Positions 14,793 through 25,962 of a stretch of 64,000 nucleotides of DNA are shown here, in pieces. The number at the start of each line of letters is the position of its first letter. Within the stretch, counting starts at the first letter, position 1. A program made the position numbers and the translations under genes. The notes below the pieces were generated by a model. The model searched no databases and was not told the DNA's origin. It worked only from the letters and a program-made list of their open reading frames with translations. Origin of the DNA: Ascidiella aspersa (taxonomy: Eukaryota); assembly GCA_963924565.1 (NCBI GenBank), contig OZ004612.1, positions 11,222,001 through 11,286,000 of the forward strand, given 5' to 3'.

Positions 14793-15454
14793 GCGATGCG
14801 CTACATACGAGCTAACAATAACTATAGAAAACAATCACCAATTGACCGGCAACATGGAATGACCAGGATACAATCAGAACTGTCATCATTTAACAATACG
14901 CATTAAAAATTCCACACAAATGGGTTTACCTGCATTGTCCTATATGGGTAGATTACAAATTTTAAATAAGTTGAAAAACAAGTTACTGAAAAACAAAAAG
15001 CAATAAACACATCAGAAGTAATCTAGAAGTTGGAATTATGTTTTGGGGGTAGAAAGTTGTGTCACATTATAATGAAATGTTGTTTTAGGTAAACAGTTGT
15101 GTCACATTGTTTTTAACGTGTATTGTCGACGGGGAGCAATTCCTGTGCGACAATGACTTCGATGAATCACGTAATAATGACTAATCTGGCATGCAAGGAC
15201 GAATTTCTAAGACAGTTTACAATCACATTTCAGAAGCTTTTGCGAAAAAATTCTACCACGATAACATTTGTTCACTGCCATGTGAATCACGCGTCAAAAA
15301 GATAACGGACTGCCAAAAAGATAGAAAACGCGCGAAAATACAATAGTTATTATTTATTTTACTGGCAAGGCGCAAGTTGGTCAGTGCCAGCTTTTCTATA
15401 AGTGTTTTTAAGCGCTTTGGCAAAATTTAAATTTACCACCAAGAGTTTAAGATT

Positions 15455-15840
15455 CAGTGATTCTTAAACTGTGTGTCGCGACACTCCGGTGTGCCCGACA
15501 CGATTCTCAAATATTCTACGAGGTCTCTTATAATTTTATTTTAGTTTTTATTTTTAAACTCGTATTACATAGCCATGTTAACCATTTGCGCCTTGAATTA
15601 AAACAATCTATTATATTACTCATACCAATATGGTATTTACCCAATGACTTTTGAAGATAAAATGTTTTGTCGTTCTATAAATGTGTGTCGCGCTTTTCTG
15701 TTTTAAGTGTGCCTCAGATAAAAAAAGAATTAAAGAACCACTGACTGTTGAAGTTAGCACGCTAAAGTTATGCTTTGATAAAATAATAATACTATTATTA
15801 TTTCCATTGGTTATAATGGGATCTAAGCCTGTTCAAACAC
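15455..15840. repeat. Second copy of the 13183-13583 segment
   Basis: Colinear diverged match. Confidence 0.8.
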
Positions 15841-17419
15841 GTGCCCAAAAACATTTCTACCACGATAACATTTGTTCACTGCCATGTGAATCACGCGTAT
15901 ATACGGCATAACTTCAAGCAATAGGGTTGGCAGAACTGCGAAACACTGTTCGAAAAATATATTTGCCTGTCGTGTACGTTAAACGGGCAACCAGTGCAAG
16001 GTTTATTTTATATACGCATTAAATCACATACGAAGGCTGTTGATTTGTGTACATAATCATTTACAGTTTAACAGATGTAAGGCTATATTAAACAGCGAGA
16101 AACCAAAGTTGAGTACTTACAATGGAAAACTATTTGCACCATAAAATATTGGCTTCGACCAAACGAAAAAGATCTGGCAAATAAATTTACATTTCGCCAA
16201 TGTTTGACCGAGAAACAGTAAAACCTGGATAAATATTTAAACTAACACGATTGTTTAAAGTTAATTGAACTACTGTATATTTTAGTCAACGCATTGGTGC
16301 GGCATTCAAATTGCGCGTTGCAATACATAGATGTTTTTTATTCCTTTTACTCTGAGGCGGCAACGGAGCGGAAAACAAAAACTTTTCCTCTACTGCGGCA
16401 GTTACAAAACCGCACGAGAATAGAACGCGCACAAAAGGTCCCACGCCTATTCAACTGCGAAGAAAGCTAAGGCATCGGCGCGGCATCTCTCGTTCTCCTT
16501 CTTAAGCTTCTCGGCCGCTTTGCGTCGCGTACGTCGTCACCCTGTGCGTGTGACGTTGACGCAAATGCGTCGCCTCGACGCCGAAACCGCGACGCACGAG
16601 CGCGAAAGGTCGACGCCGGCTAAATCGGTCGCGCGCGCCGAATCCAACGGGCTCCCATTATTGCTCTCGCGTCGTTGTTGCCGCTTTTAGCGACTGTTTG
16701 TGCGTCCCTGGCAATTTTCGTAAATACACTGATTTTGAAAAATGTTTTTGTAAAATTAGTGCGCGTGTTTCTCTTTAGCGCGGTGAGGAATTAACGGGAG
16801 GCCTATTTTTGTTTACAGGTGATAAATAACGAAAAATGTCACGAAATTAATGCAGCAAATATTGGAAAAGAAAAACACGATAGTGGTTTATTAGTGAGCT
16901 TGGGGTCGTCTGTTCAAGTATTGATGTTGTGAATGCGCTTTCTACAGCAATAATTTCGAGTTGAAATTTTAGGAAGATTTTCTTTTAACTGGAGATTTTT
17001 TTTGAAAATTGTAAAAGATATTTTTTTTGAAATTTGTGAAAGACGTCGCTTTAGCTATTTAAGACTGGCTTATTTATGAGTTAACAACACATGTGATTTA
17101 TTTTAAATGAAGCAAAGCTTATTTTCCAAACGAAAATTACATTTTCCTGGCATAACATAATACTACTACAGAGAGTTATCAGAGATTACCAAGAAACCCC
17201 TCAAAATAAGATCATGCATTCTTGTACAACTAAAATAAAATCGCCTGTCAGCACACCAGCTCAATTTTAGCCCTATCCAAGAATCTTTAAAACACATTTG
17301 TCTTTACGAAATTTATTTGTCTTTGCGAATTTATCCCAATGGAAATACGAGGAAGTGTGTGTATTTGCTCGGCGTACCAAACACAGCGCTGGTGCTATGC
17401 GAGGCCGCGCGTATTTATA

Positions 17420-17780
17420 ACGATCCTATTAATAGCGCTCGGCCTTTTTCGCGCCGACGCAGCGTTCAAAGGCGCCGACAACGAAAAAGAGAACGTGTAG
17501 CTCGCCCGAACGCCGACGTTCGCCGCTGGTCGGACGCGCGAAAAAAGGCGAGAGAGCTCAGGTGAGGAGAAAAGCACCGCGTGCCGTTCTCTCTCGGCAA
17601 CTGACGCGCTTCGCTTCGCCGGCTTGCGTAGACGACGCTCGGGCGCGTGCGTCACGCGAGCGGACAAAGCGCGACGCGCGAAGAAGGGCCGACGAAAAGT
17701 CACGTCGTATATAAGGCGAACGACTCGTCCAGTCGGCACGAGAGTCAATACGAGCCCATAGCTGAGGAATGAGTCACCTG
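17420..17780 (+). promoter_or_regulatory. Fos proximal promoter
   Basis: CpG-rich. TATATAAGG 17708-17716, MEF2 consensus CTATTAATAG 17426-17435, CRE half-sites at 17602 and 17650, AP-1 TGAGTCA 17770-17776. Confidence 0.7.
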
Positions 17781-18225
17781 CTTCTACTACTACTACTACT
17801 ATGATACGTTTTTTGCGTGGGATTTATTAGCTCTTTAGCAAACTGAAGCGACCACTTGGCGGCGGTAGAGAAGCGAGACAAAGAGTGTCAGATTATTTTT
17901 TTGTTACGGTTGCGTCACAGTGACGTAACGAGTAGGCATCGTAGGTGGATTTCGACATAATTGCGAGGCTTGCGACTGGATGTCGTCATTTGTAGTGTCG
18001 GAAGTGTGCTGACCGGACGTATTTTTTGTTTTCGCCCAGAATTTTAGAAAAAAAACGAAAATGAACCAGATAATTAAACGAGATAAATCGAACCTGAGAC
18101 TGTGTATTGGATCTTAAAATAACAAGTTTTTACTCTCGACGACGAACGACAAAGCGGGCATCACGATTTCGCTAAGCGACCTCGGATCCGACAATATCAG
18201 CTTGTGTTACGATTCAGGAGTCGGG

Positions 18226-21200
18226 ATGTTCCAAGAGCTGAGCCAAGTGTATGGCGAGACGACGGCGGTTCCCCACCACCAACAGAGCTTCGACAGCGAC
18301 GAAAGTTTCCAGATGCAGAACCCATTCAACGTGAACCAGGTGCGTTATACAACTACTTTAATTTGCTTTTTAACGATTCGCCCGAACGAAATTTCAGTGA
18401 AATATCTTTAGATCGATTTTTCTGCTGAAAGGTGAGATGATTACGATTTTGCGCTAAAAGTAAAGCTCATTAGGAAACCTTAATTAAACCTTATGAAACG
18501 CGAGAAAATATAACAAATTCGTAATAACAGTAGTAATGTAATTTTAACTCAGTCATTTTTTAACTAAAACTCTTAACTCTATATAACAAAAAACAATTTG
18601 AAAACTTGTAAAATTACATTTTGACTCACTCGCTACACATCGCATAACGGCGCGGACACGGTCCAGTGCGCATTACGATTCCGCACTTGTTGCATAACAA
18701 CGCGGATAAACGGCTTTGTTGCGTAACAACGCAGATAATGATCTTTGTTGCGTAACAATGCGGATAAAAGTTTGTTGCAGTCTGATCCGAGGACAGATTG
18801 CGGCGCATAAGTCCAAGTGGGAAATTTACGTTGTTCCCAAGAGACGAGGAAAGACGTCTCGGCATTAACTCGAAGGCGCTTAGGTCACTTCGAAACGGCG
18901 TCTCACAGGGAGAGTAAACTTTCCAGTCTTTCCCCTTTCTCTTTGCTGACACAGCGATTTTTTTAATTCAATTTCGCCGCAAATTGCGGAAAATCCGATT
19001 GCGCTGTTGTCGAATAGTCTGACAATATGGTGCTTTTTAAGAGTGTAAGCCGAACTGCGCACGGCCTTTCAAATAAAATTTAGGCACTGACGCGGCCCAG
19101 CGCTTGAAAATTGGTTCGCGTCAGCTGATGCTCGTAGACCGCGACTATTCCAGTCCGCCTTCCCTGGAACGACCGCTTCACTCGAAAGCTCGGTTTTCCA
19201 GGCGCGTGTCACCTGACGCGCGAAACATCGCGAACGCTCGCGAAGTCACGCGGGCCGAAGGCGATTGCGTAAGAGCTGCGGCGGGAGGCAGAAAAAAGTT
19301 TTCCGCGCTCGCCTCTCTTCGAGTTCGCCTTTTTCGTAGCCGCACAGGCCAGCTCAAAAACAAACGCGCCTAGAAATGGTTTCGTCAGTGCCAATACTCG
19401 CTTCGGTGTGATAGGCAAGCGCCAGTTCGTTGTTGTTGATCGTAGGAGAGTTACAAAGCAAAACAGGTTCAGGTTCGAGTGGGGTCAATCGAATTAAAAA
19501 AGATCGATCTCTTGCGCAATAGAGCTCACTTTTCAGCAGCACCAGCAGCGGTGGATACAGAAAATTCAATTTAGCCTTGTTTACGACGCAGAGGTGCGCG
19601 GAAAACAGTCGAGGTAGAGTGGGGGCAATTTCGAAGTTAAGTGGGTGCTTTCCAGCGACATCATCGCAACGGCGACTGGAAAAACATTCGTATGTCTTTA
19701 ATTCGCGCTTGGCATCCAGCCGAGACACACGTGGGCGAAGTCAGGAGGGAGTCGGCTCGAACGAGGCACAAGTTTAAAAGAAATCACCGACGTGGGTCTG
19801 TTGGTTCAGCTAGGGGGTTCACCCGTTATAGAAAGATTAGAAGATTTCCAACGAACACGCATGACGTAATTTAAAGATGAGTCTAGAGTTTAGGAGCTTT
19901 AGGGTCTTGTAAAGTGATTTAGAATGTGTTTTTTTGGTGATGTTGTGCAGTCGCTGTGTCGGAAATTTGCCGCCTCAGAAGCGTTAGATATTCAGTCGCT
20001 TTATAACCGACAAGGGTTGATTTTTAAAGGAATTGTAGCGCACAGGCGCGACACATTCTCAAGGGTTGTTATCGTTGCTCGCCATCGGGCTTAGCACCCA
20101 GGAAACCACAAACAGTCGCGGTTGTTGTCAGATCGCTCGACAGCGGGCAACTGCAATACGGCAGGGTTGTTGACCAGCGCAATTCACGCCAGTTTCAACA
20201 ACTCCAAGCGCTCACCCGTCTCTCTTTATTTCTCCTCCAAGGTCAAACAAAAATCGTTAATAGGCTTAGGGAGAAATTATTGGGTATAAAAAAATCGTGA
20301 AAGAGTCACCACAGCTGCGAACTCACGCATAGCCATCCCTTCGATTCGACTGCACAGGCCGCTGTCGTAGTAAGAAAGAAGAGAGCAAAGGCCATTGTCG
20401 AAAAGACCTGTAAACAAGGCGAGGTGAGTTCACACGTCACGCACACACAAACGCGCGCGCGCGCTTCGGGAATCCGCAATTCTTCGACAGAACGCGCTGC
20501 GCCGCAGTTACTTTCTCGCGGCTCGCCCGCTTGACTGACTGCCTGGGCGCATTGACGTCACAGTGGCCCTTGTTACGTCAGCTCTTATCTACAGAGCTTT
20601 CGCGCAGCCCCTTGGTTACTGCTAATTTGAAAATCGTGTAGGGTAAGTTGAACTCGAAATGGATTCCAGCGTATTTACTGAAATAGCTTACCGTCAGTGA
20701 AAGTCAGCATTTCGGCGGACTGAAACACTTGAAATTCTGGCGTAAAGTAGACGTTCCCGAGTGGCTCTGTTTGTCTTCTCCGTTTCAGCAGCGGCGAACG
20801 CAAAGCGCCTACGCTTTGAAGAGCACATACCTCAGCCATTGTTGAATGCGGTACGAGGCCGGCGTTTTTCACGCTCCGCCTACAAGCCGGCTTTTTGGGC
20901 GCGACAAAAATGCGGAAGTTTTTGCCCCCTGCGGCCTTTCGGTCGATTTACGGCCTGGGCCAAAAGGCGGGCGGGCTTAGTCACCGCTCCACGTGTCCGA
21001 CTTCCCACACTAAAAGTAGACATCAGCGGCGGAATCATCGCGCTAAAATGTCGGTCGACGGAAAACAAACCTCGAAACCTGATCGGGTAGTTTTAATTGG
21101 GCAAAAAAATAGTAAACCGGCCTAAACGGAGAGCTAGCCTCGCTCTAGTATGGCACCGCACATTTTGAGTTTAGCTTAAAAAAAGTCACGGTGACGCAGC

Positions 21201-23108
21201 GAACTTAACATTATCTGTTTTTGTTCTAAGTAGCGCGCAAGGTCGAGTAGACCACTAAGAGGTCCACCGTGACCATTTTTTTTTAATTTCGTGTGCGTTT
21301 GTGCTTGTTTAAACGAACAAAACCGAAATCTAACTAGCCTTTCTTTCTATTTTTCAGGCCTACCGCTCGTACCCGTACGCCACCGTTCCGGAAGCTACAA
21401 TTCCGTCTCACCCCTTCCAATCCTCGTCGCCGAGCGTCTACGGGAGCTCGGGCGACCTACGTCAGCTGGGCGTTAGCGGTCAGCAGCCCCCCATGATCGG
21501 CGTCCAGCAGGGAGCCTTCGGTGACCAGGCGGTCGGTGACCAGCAGCAGATGACCGGCGGTCACCCACAGCACCACGACCTTCTCTCAGTCGTCCAGCGC
21601 CCTGACCACCAGTGGCTGGTCACCACCAGCAACGTTGACCTTCGCACCCTGACCCCTCCCAGCACCGTGTCCTCGCCCCACCTTGGGGGCCTCCAGGGAC
21701 TCTACCACGGCCAGGGTGCTTCCCCACCGCCCCAGCAACAGCAGCATCATCACATGATGGGTGAAGACCCGATGGGCGGCGCCTCGGCCGTGATCGGCCA
21801 CCACCCGATGCACCCCCGCTTCGGCGCCGGCGCTATCGTCGAGCCCCCTCCCCTGCAAAGGATGGCCAAGCGTTCCCAGATCCCCGGTCAACCCCCGAAA
21901 GTGAAAGGAACGCCGGGACGGAAGCGAAAAGTGCCAGATCACGATGTAAGTATAGAGTCGATATAGTTCTGACGTTTCCCAAAGGAAGACAACCTTTTTC
22001 AGTGACACAATTTTTCGATACGATATTGTTCAGCTGTTTCAAACTATAGTAGACTTTTAAGCGGAGTCAGACCTTGAAAGTACTCTTTGACTTTTTGTGT
22101 TATTCTTTTGAACCGACAAAGCTATGCAATACATATTTAAATACGAAGACAAATAAGAGTCGTGATTTTGATCGGATTTCATTTTTCTCTTTCTAGCTGA
22201 CACCACAGGAAGCAACGAAGCGTCACATCCGGCGCGAGCGCAACAAGGTGGCGGCTGCCAAGTGCCGCAACCGTCGGCGCGAGCTCACCGACCGGCTTCA
22301 GGGCGAAACCGATCACCTGGAAGAGAACCAGAACCTCCTGCATCAGGAGATCGTGTCCTTGCAGCAGGAGAAGGAGCACCTGGAGTTTATCCTGGCAACG
22401 CACACGCCAAACTGCAAAGCGCGCATTACGCCCGGTGCGGAAAGCGGCAGCCTGCTGCATCACGACGACGGCGCCGCTATGATGGGCCACGGCGGCCTTG
22501 GCGGCATGTCCGAGCTGTCGCTGGTGCCGCCCCCGGAAATACTCGACAACTCGAACGCGCAAGGACACTACTACGCCATGTCCGAGGCCGGGCACGACCA
22601 CGGCGCCCCCGTGTCAGTCATCACCGCCGCGCCGGCGACCACCTCTTCGCGGCATCTCAACGCAACCGGAGCCGCAGCTATAAGCCTGGCCCGGCACGAC
22701 GACTACCCTAGCAGCACTCAGATGACGCTGAGCCTGGATACAGTAATGGTTGACGAGCCGCTTAATACTCCTGTGTGCACGCTCGCAACGCCCACGGCCA
22801 GTTCCGGAATCTTCACCTTCCCCAGCACGCCGTCGGCACTTACCAGCAGCACGGCGGCAACAGTTGACACCAGCTTCTCCTTTAGCTCGACTCAGGAGTA
22901 CCGCCAGCCCACCACGCCGTCGTCCTACTCCGCCAACATGACCACGTCGTTCCCAGCACCGCACCAAAGCTACCAGCACTACCACCTGCACCAGCAGCAG
23001 CAACAACAACAGCAGCAAGGCTGCGCGGCGGCGCACAGACGAAGCTCGTCTAGTGAGAGCCACCAGAGCCTCGAGTCGGTGCAGTCACCCAAGCTGCTCG
23101 CCTTGTGA
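18226..23108 (+). CDS. FOS: Fos-family bZIP transcription factor (AP-1 subunit), 3 coding exons: 18226-18339, 21358-21945, 22197-23108; 537 aa
   Basis: Basic region and zipper [43 protein letters not shown]...[12 protein letters not shown]. Fos hallmarks DHQWLV, LNTPVCT, the FTFP docking motif and C-terminal AAAHRRSSS...SPKLLAL. Both introns are GT-AG and phase 0, at positions equivalent to c-Fos introns 1 and 2. Confidence 0.95.
18687..18778 (+). repeat. ~29-bp tandem repeat (3 units) in Fos intron 1
   Basis: ttgttgcRtaacaaYgcRgataa repeated at 18687, 18716 and 18745. Confidence 0.85.
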
Positions 23109-24600
23109 GAAGTCGTCTCGGCAGTTTTCCTGCTGAACACTCTTAAACATTTATTTCCGGGCGTCACTGCCTCGTTTTTTTCCGGCGGCCCCGACATGAC
23201 CGGTGGCCTACGATGAGGCGCCGCGATACAGCGGTCTGAGCAAAAGCGCTTTTGCTCTTTAACGATTTATTTATGCTTCGTTCCGTGCTGTGCGACCTGT
23301 GAGGTCTCGCCCCGAGCTGCTGTTTCGCGTTGCTATATTCGGCATCCCAATGCAATTGGCCGGCGAAAAGCGTTTTGGCGGTTCGTTCTTTTGTTTATTT
23401 CCGTGCTTAAATTATGTTCCCCCGATTTTTTTCTTTTACTCGCGATAGAATATCGAAACTTTAAACTGTGTTGAAAGCGCAAGGTGTAAAAAACGAACGC
23501 AATCCTACTGTTTCTGCCCCCACCCATTCGGCACTTGTAGTGTCGTTGCTGTCTATACTTAAAAATATGCTCTTGCCATCCACTTTATATACAGAACACT
23601 CCTATTTATTTCTATCGTTACTTTGAAAGTGTCCTATTTATTGCCGCACTTCGCCAAGGCGCGTGTTAGACAGCGCCATAAAAGAAGACCACGTTACTCC
23701 GTTTATTACAACAAATTGATGAGAATTGATTTCTGAATTTTGGCCACCGCGTACAATTTCTGTAAGAGTATCTCTTTCGATTGAAACCCGAAAACGATTT
23801 GCTTTCGAGTGTGTTAAGCGCAGTTTTCCACACGGCGTCTGCGCGAAAAAGCTCAAGTGTCACTGAACGCTCTGGGAAAGAAAGGCTGCCTGTTTGTGAT
23901 AGCTCGTTTGGGAGAAACGCACCCGAGACAAACAAGAAGGCAAGAAAACAGAGACCGTTGGTCTGGCGTTGTCGCGTTGTTTACCCGCGCCTCGCGCCTA
24001 AACCTGTATCGCAAAAGCGGACAATACGCAAGGCTTTTTGCTGAATCACGGTTATTCTTTCGCGATTTTTCCCGCCGTTGCATCACCTTGGTAAACGCAG
24101 AGTCACGAGTGCGCACGTGACCGTCAAAATTCTCCGACATCTAATATCAATTTAAGCTTCCTAGAAGCGCTATCCTACGTTGGCGCGCACACGTAATCCC
24201 CGCAAAAGTGTTACTGACGCCTCGTATGATAATCGTCACGAGCCGTAATTTTGGCGAGAATTTCCCATTTTTATTTTCGCCCCGCGCTTGCGTCGACGTG
24301 ACCAAAGACCATGCCCCACCGCCCCTTTCCCCACAGGTGTATTTCGTGCGTAAAAACATATATGCGAGGCCCGCGCTGTTCCTTTTTTTGCTTTTATTTA
24401 TTTGTCCTTTTCGTTTACTCCCCCCCCCCCCCACCCACGGCCTTATCGATTTAACTATTCAGACCAAAACTCAACTGCTATTATGTCCTATCGTTTTGCA
24501 TTTGATACTCTCTTTTGCTCGTTTGCTTTCCGTCGAGATTAAACCGCGCTTGTTTCTCCCTTTTCTTGTTTCTTCGAACATGTCAAATAAACTACAATAT
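23109..24600 (+). promoter_or_regulatory. Probable Fos 3'UTR with AU-rich elements and a poly(A) signal
   Basis: ATTTATTTA 23265-23273, further ATTTA near 23605 and 23636, TTATTTATT 24394-24402, AATAAA 24586-24591. Confidence 0.5.
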
Positions 24601-25426
24601 TTATGTAATCTGCCCAGGCTGATCATTTAGATAAGATGTACGATTGTGATTCAACAGTCAAGCCATGTGCAGCATGGTGTGGAGAAATTGAAAAGGAAAA
24701 CAGCTAGTTAATAAATTACGAGGAAGACACAGGTGCAATATTCGGTATCACAATGTTCTGTTGCCTATATACTCGTGAGGCCGCTACACAGGAAACACAT
24801 CTGTAAAAGACCGGTGTAATTTTAGTCAAACATCAGGCAAATACCACAATCATACCAAAATTTCGGAAAGTACATTATGGTATACAGTGTGGTATATCTG
24901 TAAAATTGTTTTGGAAATTTAAACCTTACCGCAAGTAGCGAGCTGTTGTGCGTGTTATAGGATTCGAGTGTTTTTACAACCTGATTGAAGCCCAAAATAG
25001 CACTGCTTGTACATATACCTGAACGCATTTGCTTTTTCCCACCCCGAAAAACATATTTATTGCACGATGCTGCGCTATGTTTAACCCGCCGTGTAGACTA
25101 GAGCGAAATCACCGGCAAAATATTTACCCCTTGCCCGAGGCAACCTTTACCCAGTTGTTAATCGAGTATCAGTTTACCGTCTAGTGGCAAAAGGAGCCAT
25201 TTCGTGACATTCAAACGTAAACACCGTTGCCTTTTGCTGGGTTAGGAGAAGCGCCCCTCGCTTTGGCCCCGTTTGCCGTGGCTAAACACATTTCACGTGG
25301 CGGAAAAGTTGCGCGGGTTAAGCCGCCGCATGTAAACGTGCCGCAGGGGCTGGTACCGATAAACCACCGCGTTTTTTCAACGGTAAGATACACCAACAAC
25401 AACACACCTGATTCGTCAGAAACTAG

Positions 25427-25962
25427 TGCAGTTCTAAGCCAAATTGTCTACGACAATTAGTGCATTCAAAGGATCAAAAAGTCTAACTTGCACTAATTTT
25501 ACTTAATAAATCTGCATAAGATGATTAAGTTCAATATTACTTGACCCAACCGAACCCAAACGCTAACCAACACCCTAACCAAAATGATGTGCGTTGATCA
25601 AATAATTACACAAACGCTTTAGGTCCCAATACATCAATGTGTGATCTAACAATCCTATATACCCTGGTCGAAAAATTATCTTCGGCCCACCCGAGTTTGG
25701 GCTTTTCCCCAACTTTTAAGTAATTATTAAATTAACGCGCATTGTTTGGGTCAGGGTTAGCGTTTGGGTTAAGGTGGGTCAAGTATTATTAATTTTATCT
25801 CACATTTTTTTGGTAAATTTTAAGTGAATATTTTTAATTTTTTATGCCGTGAGTTTACCTAAAGGTCTAATTAGTGCATTCCACGACCTGAAGGCCTAAA
25901 AGTCAGACTTTCATGCATTTGGGATGCCCTAATTGCCGTCTACCTTTTTTCTTAGAACTGCA
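25427..25962. mobile_element. Fold-back element with long diverged inverted arms
   Basis: Ends tgcagttctaag/cttagaactgca; inner pair cttgaccc...cccaaacgctaacc versus ggttagcgtttggg...gggtcaag. Confidence 0.65.

Noticed and set aside
21586-23197. Several antisense and alternate-frame ORFs of 60-149 aa over Fos
   Set aside because: Shadows of GC-rich Fos coding sequence.
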